Part shown: positions 20,197-31,500 of the stretch, piece after piece
Numbering within the stretch: the stretch's first letter is position 1
How the letters are laid out: every line of letters begins with the position of its first letter
Virus record (IMG/VR): IMGVR_UViG_3300017499_000044
Coordinates: 1-64,000 of that record
Direction: 5' to 3' (one strand)
DNA from: a virus
Taxonomy: Duplodnaviria > Caudoviricetes
Length of the DNA stretch: 64,000 nucleotides
Notes under the pieces: generated by a model
Seen by the model: the letters and a program-made list of their open reading frames with translations, nothing else
Told to the model about the DNA's origin: nothing
The model's database searches: none
Program-made: the position numbers and the translations under genes

Positions 20197-20534
20197 ATAC
20201 GGGTGTTAAAGACGCAGCTCTAAGTAATGAGCTGCTTGGCAACTACTTCGAGCGTCTCGTAAATAAATTTTTTAAAATTCTCCCTATGCGGGAAAATGCC
20301 GAAGAATCACTTTCCGTATATGTTCAAAGTCTTTTAGCGGAGCTTCTGGGAGCTGGAAACCTTATCCCGAATATGAAAAACGACGCTGATTATTTGACTA
20401 TTCTTGCCGTACTCCAATATCTCACTGATCATCCGAAATGCAAAGTCTCAGATGTTAAGCGCGAGGTGTTTGGGGCGATCTCTGTTTGCAATAAGCTTCG
20501 ATTGCGGTATGTGTCGGAGGTGGATCGAAGATGA
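20193..20534 (+). CDS. Hypothetical protein (neck region)
   Basis: ATGA overlap coupling. Confidence 0.65.
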   Translation: MNTGVKDAALSNELLGNYFERLVNKFFKILPMRENAEESLSVYVQSLLAELLGAGNLIPNMKNDADYLTILAVLQYLTDHPKCKVSDVKREVFGAISVCNKLRLRYVSEVDRR

Positions 20535-21301
20535 GCGTATGGGATATGTATGAAAAAAGAATGACTGCGCGGGGGCTGACTAAGCGGGAAACTGCATTGC
20601 AGCGAGAAAAACACGCGTTACTAACCATGACACCGGACGGTTTATTTTATCATCAAGCTATTGTTGACGGTATAGATCAGCCGGTCGAGGTGATCGACTC
20701 TGATAATTTAAACGAAAAGACCATATGCTCAGTATATGAAGATGTTATCAGAGCCGGCTCGCTTGTAGAATGGGCGGACAATCATTGGCTTGTAACGGAG
20801 TGTGATGCGAACAACGAGGTTTACACGAGAGCCAAGATGATACAATGTAACTATCTTTTGAAATGGGTTGATGATAATGATAAGATTATTTCAAAGTGGT
20901 GTATTGTAGAGGACGGTACAAAGTATCTGACCGGAGAATACGAGGACAGGAACTTCATCGTAGCTCGCGGAGATTCGCGTATTGCTATTACGATAGCAAA
21001 AGACGAAGATACCGTAAAGCTCGGACGAGAGAATAGATTCCTTGTTGACGATCCGGACTCAAAGGAGCAGCTGGCATACGTATTGTCAAAGCCTATGAAA
21101 GCGGGTCATGTGTATAATTCGGATGGCGTATACATCTTCGTACTACAGGAAGTAGTTACCACGGACTATGATAATCAGGAGCTTGGCATTGCGGATTATT
21201 ACCATCACTTCCCAAGAGAGGGTATTACACAGGAGCCTGCGAATCCCGTGATTGACCCCGAGAATAACGTGGATGAAAAAGGAAGGAAGGTGTGGTTGTA
21301 A
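20531..21301 (+). CDS. Putative head-closure protein
   Basis: Beta-rich; GSLVEW..HWLV; synteny. Confidence 0.45.
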   Translation: MSVWDMYEKRMTARGLTKRETALQREKHALLTMTPDGLFYHQAIVDGIDQPVEVIDSDNLNEKTICSVYEDVIRAGSLVEWADNHWLVTECDANNEVYTRAKMIQCNYLLKWVDDNDKIISKWCIVEDGTKYLTGEYEDRNFIVARGDSRIAITIAKDEDTVKLGRENRFLVDDPDSKEQLAYVLSKPMKAGHVYNSDGVYIFVLQEVVTTDYDNQELGIADYYHHFPREGITQEPANPVIDPENNVDEKGRKVWL

Positions 21302-21829
21302 ATGGCGGACGAAATAACAGACGGATGTTTTGAACAGTTAGACGAGTTCTATGATTACAAGAACCGATTTATGGAAGACTTGCTGACCAACAAAGAAATC
21401 GTTGCGCTGATAAACGAGGACGTCGATTTTGACAATGCCGCATCTCTTGCCTATACTCAGGTCTTTCCTTATGAGTACATCCCCGAAACGGTGGAAGCCG
21501 GAAAGACGCTTGTCTGCTGTGATGTGGATATACAGAAGACGTTAGACAAAACCTTTCTTAATGCTACGCTGTATGTGTGGGTGTTTACCCACAAAAGCAA
21601 ACTCAGACTTCCGGGCGGCGGAGTTCGCACCGATAAGCTGTGCTCGAAGATAGCCGAGGCTATTAACGGCAGCAGACTGTACGGTCTCGGAGAGTTAGAC
21701 TTGTATTCAATCAAACGTTTTGCTCCGATGACGGACTTCCAAGGAAAGGTAATGACGTTCTACGCTCGTGACTTCAACAGGCTTCATCCAAGCAGTAAGC
21801 CCATACCCGCCAATCGCAAGAAGGGCTGA
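21302..21829 (+). CDS. Putative tail terminator/completion protein
   Basis: VFPYEYIP motif; 175 aa; synteny. Confidence 0.45.
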   Translation: MADEITDGCFEQLDEFYDYKNRFMEDLLTNKEIVALINEDVDFDNAASLAYTQVFPYEYIPETVEAGKTLVCCDVDIQKTLDKTFLNATLYVWVFTHKSKLRLPGGGVRTDKLCSKIAEAINGSRLYGLGELDLYSIKRFAPMTDFQGKVMTFYARDFNRLHPSSKPIPANRKKG

Positions 21830-21844
21830 GAACGGCGGTGAGTC

Positions 21845-22561
21845 ATGGCGTTAAGAAATCTTTTATATAAGCAGAGTTATGCTATAAATGATTATATTAA
21901 AATAGTTATTCCGACTGTCGGCGAAGTTGTCGATGATGAGGATAACTACTACAGCCTTGTTTCCGTTCTGACGGCGATGCCTATAGATATGATGGTTCAG
22001 CTTGATGACGCGGGAATAGATTTCACATCCATAAATGAATACGAATTGTTTCTTCTTACATTTGAAGGAATTAAAGCGCAGGACACGCATCTTATATTCG
22101 GAGATCTGGATCTGAAGAATTTCAAGATTGCGGTAAGTGAACAGAACGGTCTGCCCCTGCTTGTAGACGAAAGCAGCGGTATTGTAATAGACCGTGCGAT
22201 TCACGGACGGATAGCGGATACGCTGCGCGTGATTCATCATATGAAGAAGAATACCCGCAAGCCCGCAAACACCGAGGCTCAGAAATATTTGATTGAGCGT
22301 GCAAGGAAGAAAATGCGGCGTAAAAAAAACAAAGCGGAGGGTTCGTATCTTGAATCTCTTATAATAGCGATGGTTAATGCCGAGCAGTATAAGTACAATT
22401 TTGAAGAAACGAGAGACCTCTCGATATATCAATTTAACGAAAGCGTTCGGCAAATCATAAAGAAAGTCGATTACGACAATAGAATGCACGGCATTTATGC
22501 CGGCACGATAAGTGTTAAAGATTGCAGCCAAGGTGATTTAAATTGGCTGACACATGACTAA
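21845..22561 (+). CDS. Hypothetical tail-associated protein (possible chaperone)
   Basis: C-terminal DLSIYQF motif; operon position. Confidence 0.55.
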   Translation: MALRNLLYKQSYAINDYIKIVIPTVGEVVDDEDNYYSLVSVLTAMPIDMMVQLDDAGIDFTSINEYELFLLTFEGIKAQDTHLIFGDLDLKNFKIAVSEQNGLPLLVDESSGIVIDRAIHGRIADTLRVIHHMKKNTRKPANTEAQKYLIERARKKMRRKKNKAEGSYLESLIIAMVNAEQYKYNFEETRDLSIYQFNESVRQIIKKVDYDNRMHGIYAGTISVKDCSQGDLNWLTHD

Positions 22562-22580
22562 TTTAAAAGGAGGAATACTT

Positions 22581-23381
22581 ATGAACACTAATGATCTTAC
22601 GATCACGAGTCTCGAGACGATAACAGCTTTCGACATCGTATCAGGCGATTATAAGTTCACACTGGACGAGCTTCAGAATGCGACTATCGCTCAGTCTCAG
22701 GAAAAGACAGACATTACCGGTAAGCAGGGACGTAAGCTTTCTTCGCTTAAGAAGAACAAGTCTATTACAATCAGCGGTACCAATGGTATGATTTCAGGCG
22801 GATTGATGGAGCTTCAGACGGGCGGAGAGTTTGTTGATAAGGACGCTGCTGAAGTTCTCTGGACGGACTATTTGACTGTTGAGGGCGATGCTGCGACAAC
22901 GACATACAAGGGAATCTCGGATACTGTCGGTGATGAGATAGAGGCTATATATGTAAAGAACAGCGACGGCACACTCGGCGACGTATATACTCAGGGAACC
23001 GCTGTTGGAGATAAGGTATTTACATATGACCCCGATACAAAGGCACTTGCATTTACGGCGGGAGCTATCAAGGACGGCACTGAGATTATCGCGTATTACA
23101 CAAGAAAGGTTAAGGCATCTGTTCTTGAGAATCCGAGCGATAAGTACTCGGGCAAGTGCACGATTTATATCGACGCTATAGCTGAGGATAAGTGCGCTAA
23201 TGTATACAGAGTTCAGTTCCTTATCCCGAAGGCTGACTTCAACGGCGACTTCTCCATCGAGATGGGAGACAATCAGGCTGTACACGCGTTCGAGGCTGAG
23301 TCACTCTCCGGTGCTTGCGGCAAGAGCGCATCGCTCTGGACATACACGGTATTCGGTGCTGAGACAGAGGATGCTGCGTAA
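22581..23381 (+). CDS. Major tail tube protein
   Basis: Very strong RBS AAGGAGG; 266 aa, Thr/Gly/Asp-rich; position. Confidence 0.7.
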   Translation: MNTNDLTITSLETITAFDIVSGDYKFTLDELQNATIAQSQEKTDITGKQGRKLSSLKKNKSITISGTNGMISGGLMELQTGGEFVDKDAAEVLWTDYLTVEGDAATTTYKGISDTVGDEIEAIYVKNSDGTLGDVYTQGTAVGDKVFTYDPDTKALAFTAGAIKDGTEIIAYYTRKVKASVLENPSDKYSGKCTIYIDAIAEDKCANVYRVQFLIPKADFNGDFSIEMGDNQAVHAFEAESLSGACGKSASLWTYTVFGAETEDAA

Positions 23382-23412
23382 TAAGCTAATCTAATTTACA
23401 CGGAGGCAAACT

Positions 23413-23646
23413 ATGGCTAAGGCTATAAAAAAATGCAGAGTGTGCGGTAAGGAATATGAGTACTGCCGCACATTCAGAAGCGGCAGCGGATTTCGCTATC
23501 AGGATGTTGCCTGTTCTCCGGAGTGCGGAAGCATTTATCTCAGTGCGATAATTGAGTCACGCAAGGCGGGTAGTGCTGACAACTCAAACGAGACGGCTGA
23601 CTCGAAGCCTGAGAGCGAAAACACGGAAAGCGAAGAGATTATATAA
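23413..23646 (+). CDS. Small Zn-ribbon protein
   Basis: CRVCGKEYEYC...CSPEC; RBS GGAGG. Confidence 0.75.
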   Translation: MAKAIKKCRVCGKEYEYCRTFRSGSGFRYQDVACSPECGSIYLSAIIESRKAGSADNSNETADSKPESENTESEEII

Positions 23647-23650
23647 TAAC

Positions 23651-23682
23651 AAAAGCTGCATCGAAAGGTGCGGCTTTTCTCT
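23651..23682 (+). terminator. Intrinsic terminator
   Basis: AAAAGCTGCATC-GAAA-GGTGCGGCTTTTCTCT. Confidence 0.75.
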
Positions 23683-23701
23683 CAGCACATTAAACGCTGC
23701 G

Positions 23702-23731
23702 GTCGGACTGGAGACCTAAAACCCATATCCA
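23702..23731 (+). promoter_or_regulatory. Conserved 30-bp intergenic motif, copy 2
   Basis: GTCGGACTGGAGACCTAAAACCCATATCCA, just after a terminator and before the next gene block. Confidence 0.7.
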
Positions 23732-23833
23732 ATATAATGCGGAGCGGCGAAGAACCTCTCCCCGCATATTAAGATATAATGACTGCATACAAACGGAGGT
23801 GATTTTACGTCAAACGATGAGGAGATTAAAATC

Positions 23834-24304
23834 GTGATAGATGATGATGTGCTTGCAAGATATGAGGAGTATTATTTTGAGATACATCCGAGGGCTCATA
23901 AAAAACCTATACCTCATCCGTATCACGAAAGCATTAACGCATGGATGATAATGAAGCGACCGATGATGAATGCGCTTAAACAAAAATGGAAGAGTTTTAT
24001 TAAATGGCTCATTGACGAGCAAGGTTACGCTAACCTGCATATCGACAGATGTGAAATAAGTCAGATCGTATACTATCCCAATGACCGCAGGCACGATACG
24101 GATAATAGTGTGCCGAAGTTTATTCTTGACGGGTTGGTTGAAAGCGGTATGATAGTAGATGATGATTCAAAGCATATCACAAAGCTGACGCTGGAATGCA
24201 AGAAGGATAAGGAGCATCCGCGCACAGAGCTTCGTATTAAGATTTTAAACGAGAGTGATATTTGCGGCGAGAAGGAAAAGGAAAGGAAGGATAATAATGG
24301 CTAA
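23834..24304 (+). CDS. rusA: RusA-like Holliday junction resolvase
   Basis: RRHDTDN..PKFILDGL..G.IVDDD...I. Confidence 0.8.
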   Translation: MIDDDVLARYEEYYFEIHPRAHKKPIPHPYHESINAWMIMKRPMMNALKQKWKSFIKWLIDEQGYANLHIDRCEISQIVYYPNDRRHDTDNSVPKFILDGLVESGMIVDDDSKHITKLTLECKKDKEHPRTELRIKILNESDICGEKEKERKDNNG

Positions 24305-24932
24305 GAATATTAAGAGAGAGAAATCAAAGAAGGTATCTGTTGCGGCATTTGAGAAGGTAATGAAGGAGATGAAGGCTCCCGTTCGCGTTATAGATTGGCA
24401 TGGAGTGGAGCTGCACATCAAGCGCACGCTGTCCTTGGAAGAGGTTATTGCCTTTGCGGACGCAGTTACCAAGAGCTGCTTTATGGAAGAGACGAATGCG
24501 TACGTGCCGGAGGTGAAGGTGTTTGCGATAAAGTGCTGTATACTTGAGTTGTATGCGGGATTTACTTTGCCCGCAAACGTGATGCGCAGATATGAATTGA
24601 TATACAACACGGACGCTGTTGATGTTGTATTGCAGCATATCGATACAAGACAGCTTGACGAAATAATTGACGCTATAAGTGAGAAGGTCGGTAATAAGGC
24701 GAACGAGAACGCCTCGGCTCTTAAGAAGCAGATGTATGATGTATATTCCGTATTGAATTCTTTGAGCGGACAGGTCAGCAAAATATTCAGCGACATAAGC
24801 CCGGATGATGTATCCAATCTCATCGGAGCTATATCGGATAACGGTATCGACGAGGACAAGATAGTTCAGGCGTATATCCGCAATGCCAAGAGCGGCGAGG
24901 AGGAAGTCGGCGAAGAGAGCGGTGAACAGTAA
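24297..24932 (+). CDS. Hypothetical protein, possible tail assembly chaperone
   Basis: RBS GGAAGG; acidic helical protein upstream of the TMP. Confidence 0.55.
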   Translation: MAKNIKREKSKKVSVAAFEKVMKEMKAPVRVIDWHGVELHIKRTLSLEEVIAFADAVTKSCFMEETNAYVPEVKVFAIKCCILELYAGFTLPANVMRRYELIYNTDAVDVVLQHIDTRQLDEIIDAISEKVGNKANENASALKKQMYDVYSVLNSLSGQVSKIFSDISPDDVSNLIGAISDNGIDEDKIVQAYIRNAKSGEEEVGEESGEQ

Positions 24933-25483
24933 TGGCTTCCGTAAATATGGCTTCTATTATGGCAAAGGCGAGGGCTTGTACGCAGAAAACCGCTTTCCAA
25001 AAGAAGGTCGAGGAGAAGGTTGACGCAGCTATGTTGTCGGGCGGAACCTTGGGCGGTAAAACGGTGCATAGTGTTACCGAGGCAGCCGAAGCATTCATTG
25101 ATGTTATGAAGAGTGAGGTTGCGGGTGCCAACGCATCGGGGTTGATTGGCGAATACGGTATGAGCGCGTTAAATGACCTTGAACATGACTCGCCCGGTAA
25201 GAGCGGGAAGAATACATATCAGATAGGCGTGTCGTTTACGACAGACCATCACCGAAGCTCCTTGGCACCCGACAGGTATGACGGTGTAGATAATATTATT
25301 GCATTACTGAATAGGGGCTACTCAGCGGGCGGAACTGTTTACGGGAAGTGGCACGGTAAGCAGATAGCGAGCAAGATGTCCAGACCGGGTGCGCATTTCG
25401 TAGAGAACGGCGTATCGAATTTTATGGGAAGCCGTGCGAGGGAGTGCGGAGTAAAATCAATTGAAATAAACGGAGGACTTTAA
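24932..25483 (+). CDS. Hypothetical virion protein
   Basis: TAATG coupling; C-terminal RPGAHFV reminiscent of HK97 gp10-like proteins. Confidence 0.55.
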   Translation: MASVNMASIMAKARACTQKTAFQKKVEEKVDAAMLSGGTLGGKTVHSVTEAAEAFIDVMKSEVAGANASGLIGEYGMSALNDLEHDSPGKSGKNTYQIGVSFTTDHHRSSLAPDRYDGVDNIIALLNRGYSAGGTVYGKWHGKQIASKMSRPGAHFVENGVSNFMGSRARECGVKSIEINGGL

Positions 25484-25547
25484 TTATATAGGTAGAATTT
25501 GGATTGGCACCGAGTCAATCCTTTTAGATAAAGGACGGTGAAAATAA

Positions 25548-28500
25548 ATGGCTGATTTTTTACTAACAGTGGGTATTGACACATCGGTGAGCCTCGGGCA
25601 AATACAAAGCGATATTAATAACATGATCTCGAAGGTTAATGCCAATCCGCCAAAGGTAAAGGTGGATCTGGAAACAGACTCCGCTTCAATGAATAAATTT
25701 AAACAACAGATAGCGAATATATCCAAGAATGCTAATGTTCAAAATATTATGCCTCGATCGACAGGCAGTGCGAACGCTGGGAGCGGTATAGCCGCTGACT
25801 TATCGAGAATTACATCGAACGCGCAAACCGCAACAAAAGCCTTCCAACAAATGAAGACTACGATGAGCAGCGTCAATGCTGATAAAATCCGGTCAGCTTT
25901 ATCGGGCATAGACGGGATAAGCAGCACCAACGCGGACAAACTTGTTTCATCGCTTGAACAGGTTGAGGGTACTATTACAAGCATAAAAGCTAAGTGGGCG
26001 AATACGAATAAAGGAGAGCCGCTGTTAAGCGTTGACGTAAAAGCAAAGAATGAGCTTGGACAAACAATCGACCAGCTAATTCAGTATAACGCGAAAACGG
26101 GAGAGATAAGCAAACAGATTACATCGGTCACTCAGAAGTTTCAAGAGGCGGAGACGGCGTCAAAGGCAGCCGCTCAAGGGATGAAGGAGGCTCAAGCCGC
26201 CGCCGCCAAGACGAGTGAGTCTGCAAAGTCGATGTCAGAAAGTCCTAAAGCTCTTACAAGCGGAACCAAGGAATATTCAAACGCATTAACTCAAATAGAC
26301 ACCAAAGTCAAAACTATCAGAGGTCAGCTTGAAAAGTGGACTGCTGCGAAAGGCGGAAAGAGTTCTGAATATTACACACAACTCAACAAGTCCGTTACGG
26401 ATCTCGAAACGCTGCGGAAAAGTGTCGAGAGTGGAACGTTAAACCAAGAGGATTTTACGAAACGATTTGCGGCTATAAAAGCCAGCGCGGCAGAGGCTGC
26501 CAAGGAAATACAGAAGGTCGACGAGGCGACAGCCTCAAGTTCTAAACTTATCACGAGCGATACTACGGCGTATCAAAAGGCGGAAACGCAAATAAATAAC
26601 CTGCTTGGTCGCATTACAGAGAACCGGCAGAAGTGGACTGCCGCAAAAGATGGGAAAAGTTCCGCTTCCTATACGCAGCTTGGTCAATCCGTTTTGGATC
26701 TCAAAGCGCTGAAAGGCGAACTTGCCGGAGGAACATTGAGCGAATCCGATTTTGCCGCGCGATTTAACGAAATAAAAGTCAGCGCAGATCAAGCCTCGGC
26801 GGCTATAAAGGCTGTCTGCGAGAATATGAAGGCTACAACTTCGGCGGCTCTTACGAGCGGGACTAAGGATTATAATAACGCACTGGCTAAAATAAACGAC
26901 CTATCAACGAGTATTGCGCGAAATCGCGAAAACTGGACTGCCGCACAAAACGGGCAAAGCTCTGCGTCTTATGCACAGCTTGAGCAGTATGCTACAGAAC
27001 TTGAGAATCTAAGGAACAGACTTGAAAGCGGAACATTAACCGGAGCTGAATTTAACGAAGGGTTTGGAAGAATATCTTCCGAGGCAAGATTAGCCTTTTC
27101 GGAAATACAACGCCTCGGCGAGGCGATGCCTGCGGCTTCTAACAATCTCGCAAAGGGAACTGCACAATATATGAATGCGCTGAGAGAAATAAACACTCTG
27201 CTCGCAAAAGTTAGAAGCAACCAAGAAAAGTGGACTGCCGCGAAAAATGGAAGAAGTGCTGCGTCTTATGAGCAGCTTACGCAGTCTATCGGGTGGCTTG
27301 AGACTCTTCGAGACGACGTGGCTAATGGCAACGTGACTAACGAGGCGTTTAGAAAACGTTTCGCCGAAATAAAAGCAGACGTAACGACAGCTACAACAGC
27401 TATAAAAGGAGCGGGCGAGGCGACTTCAACTTGGGGTGAAAGAATACGCTCCCTCAGCGGTCAATTCAGCACATGGTTCAGTATAACTCAGGCTATCATG
27501 CAGGGCATAAACGCAATTAAGCAAATGACCACGAACGTGATAGAGCTTGACTCGGCGATGACCGAACTCAGAAAAGTTACAGACGCATCCGAGGCAACAT
27601 ACGATAAATTCTTAACCAGTGCGTCAGATCGAGCTAAGAAGTATGGAGCGTCGCTTATAGATACCGTATCGGCAACATCTGATTTCGCAAGGCTTGGTTA
27701 CGGCATTGACGACGCGGCGAAGTTAGCAGACGCATCTATTGTATATAAAAACGTAGGAGACGACATAAAGAGTATCGGCGATGCGTCATCGAGCGTAATA
27801 TCTACCATGCAGGCATTCGGAATAGAAGCAGAAGATGTTATGACGATAGTCGATCGCTTTAATGAGATAGGCAATAAGTATGCTATATCGTCAGGAGGAG
27901 TCGGCGACGCGCTTATGCGTTCAGCGGCTGCGATGCAGGCGGCAGGCAATACACTTGATGAAACAATCGGACTTGTAACCGCAGCCAATACAGTCGTGCA
28001 AGATCCGGATAAAGTCGGCACGACACTGAAGACGGTGTCTATGTATTTACGCGCGGCTAAGACCGATGCGGAAGAAGCGGGAGAGTCTACCGATGGAATG
28101 GCTGAGAGCGTATCAAAGTTGAGAGACGAGTTCCTCACTTTGACAAACGGCAAGGTTGATATACAATTAGACGAAGATACATATAAGAGCACCTACCAAA
28201 TTCTTAAAGAGTTGTCTCAGGTCTGGGATGAGCTGACCAATATTACACAGGCTAATATACTTGAGAAAATCGGCGGTAAGAGAAACTCGAATATCGTTGC
28301 GGCGCTGCTTGAGAATTTTCAGATAGCAGAGGATGCGATGAATACTGCCGCAGATTCTGAAGGGTCAGCACTTGCGGAAAATGACAAGGTGCTGGACTCA
28401 ATACAAGGTAAGATAAATGTGCTGAAGGCTTCGTGGCAGGATTTATCGCAGGCGTTTATTTCGTCGGATTTTATAGGCAACGCGGTAACGGGATTGACGG

Positions 28501-31500
28501 GGCTTGCGAATACGTTTGAAAAATTGGCAAGTACTATGGGTCCGCTGCCGACGACAATAGGAGTTCTTACGACAGCTTTGAGGTTATTCGGGAAAAACTT
28601 CGGAATATTTTCTCAAGCAAACGGACAGCTTCAGATTTTCGGAAAGAGTCTTGAACAAGCCAAAAGTAATTTTCAGTCGTTCGGGAATGTGATTACTTCG
28701 ATTAAGAACGCAAGCAGCTTGAAAGAAGCAATTGCTCTGATAGGAAATGCAGGTCGGCGTGATGTGGATAAGATACTTGCTAATTTTGCACCAGCTGATC
28801 AGGCGGCAAACATTACCGCTCTATCCAACTTCCAAAGAGAGGTACGACGGGAAGTCACTCCAAATACTTCTGATACCGGGCTTATGACTATGACGAATAC
28901 CCCGTGGAGTACGTACATTCAAGACCTTCCGGAAGAGATGCAGCGAGTAGCTGCCGAGATACAAGCAGGTAATACAAGCGTGGAGGAATATGCGGCAAGT
29001 CTGGGCGCAATGGCAATAAAATCCAAAGCCGCAGCAATTGCTACTACCGTGTTAAGCACGGCTATGAATGTTGCTTTTAATATGCTTATCTCTTGGGGTA
29101 TATCTCTTGCAATACAAGGCATGGTCACAGGACTCGACAATCTGATACACGCAGAGGAAAAAGCAGCAGAAAAGGCTAAAGAAATAGCACAACAGTCAAG
29201 AGAGGCAGCAGATAGTCAAGCGGAGAAGGTCAGCAACTTATCCTCGTTGATAGAAAAGTATCAGCAGCTTGCGTCGAGTGAAACGCAGGACGCGTCAACG
29301 AGATCGGAAATAGCTGATATACAAAGTCAGATAGTATCTTTGATAGGAGCGCAAGCGGGAAACTTAGATTTAGTAAACGGCAAGCTTGATGAACAACTTG
29401 CAAAACTGCGAGAGATACAAGGGACTGAGGTCGAACAGGGCGTAACAGATGCGAGAAAGGCATACCTTGATTCCACTAAATCCGTAGATAATAGTTACTC
29501 AATGCGCATCGATGATGCTAATAAAGAATATAAAGAGATACGCATGATAGATCTTGACGAGCGGGTTATGCCGACGACGCAAAAGGGTCGAGAATATTAT
29601 AAACAATTGGAACTGATAAACGAGGCGTGGAGTTCTAACGGGTATGGAGATATGTATCTTAAACCCACTCTGGAATTGTTTGATAAAGCTCGAGTTGGTC
29701 TGCGATATAATGGAAATCTTTCTATATCAGAACAAATAAAAGCGTTGGATGAGGCTATTCAGATATTAGAGGATAATAGTTACACTGATTCAAATTTATG
29801 GAATAAACTCGTAGAAGACCGCAAAGAGTTCGCCGGTAAAGATAGCGAATATGCTCACCAGCTTAGTACAGCGACCGGCTTGCTGAACAGTCTTACTCAG
29901 CAAGAGATTGGTCAGGGTGAAGACGTACACACTTTTAATGAATATATCAACTATCGGGATAAATTAATCGACACAATTGCTAACGATAGAACAATACGCA
30001 GCGCAATTGAGGATGGGGTCTTAAACAATGATCAAATTACATCTACTATCGACAATTACCTCGGCTCCCTCGAAAAATACGAAACATATTACAAGCAATG
30101 GTCTGCAAGTATAAAAACAAATAACGATGAAAACATTACACAGCTTAAGCGGAGCTACGGCACATTGAGAGCCGTTCAAAAGGCAGAAATGGAGTCTGCT
30201 CAGTTAGCGATGGAAGAAGGAGTTAAGAATTTTAATCTTGACAACTTCTTGAATAAGACCAAATTCGGAAATATAGATTTAAATAACAGACAGGCTCTCG
30301 AATGGGATATTGGCAATCGGATTGATTACCAAGACGCTATAAAGTCATGGAATATGGGAATGCCGAATGTGGGTGATATTTCCACTGTGCTTGGCATGAG
30401 TGAAACTTTTGGAAATAAAGATAACCCGGTAGAGATTGCTTTCTCTCCTATGCTTCAAACAGACCAAGGCGCAGTCCTTCTGAGTTCGCAAGCGGTTCAT
30501 GCTTATATGGAAATTCTTTTCGCTGAACTCGAAAGAACCAAGGGAAACTGGACAACTGAGGATTTGCTCGAATTAGACAGCAGGGGTACGGTGGTCGCCG
30601 GACAGGAGATAAAGAACATCATAGCAGATGTGGGAGAGACCGCTCAGCAGACCGGCATAGCCATGCACTATTTAGGAACGGATGGGGCTATATCTCAGGA
30701 CGCTATTGATAGTGCAAAAGAGTTCGGTGAGTGGATAGACCAGCTGTCTGACAACGACAAAACAATTGCCTACAGCATGAGCTTCGAAACTGACAGCGCA
30801 ACGTGGACTTTGGAGCAGTGGCATGATGAACTTCAAAGATTAAAGGGCGATACAAGCGCGTTAGACGAACTTAAGACAAAAGTCAAGGCTATACAAGATG
30901 TTGCGGCGGGTACTATCAACTTTGACATCTCGGCTCAAACAACGGGCTTTGATACTGTTAATGAGGCTATATCATCATCGGTCTCCTCTACGGGGCTTAC
31001 TTCTGATATGATTTCAAAGATAACGGACAGGTACAGCAATCTGGAAGTTTTTGATGCGTCGGCATTATTTGAGAAAACTGTTAACGGAATACACCTCAAT
31101 GCTGATTCGCTGCGAGAGCTTGAGGCAGAATACAACAAACTGAACGGAGTGTATCTGCAAACAGCGTTAGATGAACAGGTAGAAAAATATAACGAACTTA
31201 CTAAATCAATAGCCGAGTGTAGCGATGAGACAAAACGCGCATCGTTAATGAGTGAGCAGCATACTCTGAAACAGCAAATAGAAGATACGGCTGATTTGGC
31301 GGCGCAGTATGACGGGCTGACATCCGCTTATAAAAAGTGGGTTGACGCGCAGTCTGCTCCCGAAGAAGGAGATATGTACGACAACTTACAGTCGAAGCTT
31401 GAGGATATTAAAGAACTGTATAAGGCGGGACTCGTCGGAACGAATGAGTTCAGGTCTGCGGTGCAGCTTATGACCAACTTTGATATATCGGATTGGGACA

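Noticed and set aside
24297-25483. Programmed -1 frameshift tail chaperone pair
   Set aside because: No XXXYYYZ slippery site seen near the end of the first ORF; the genes are simply TAATG-coupled
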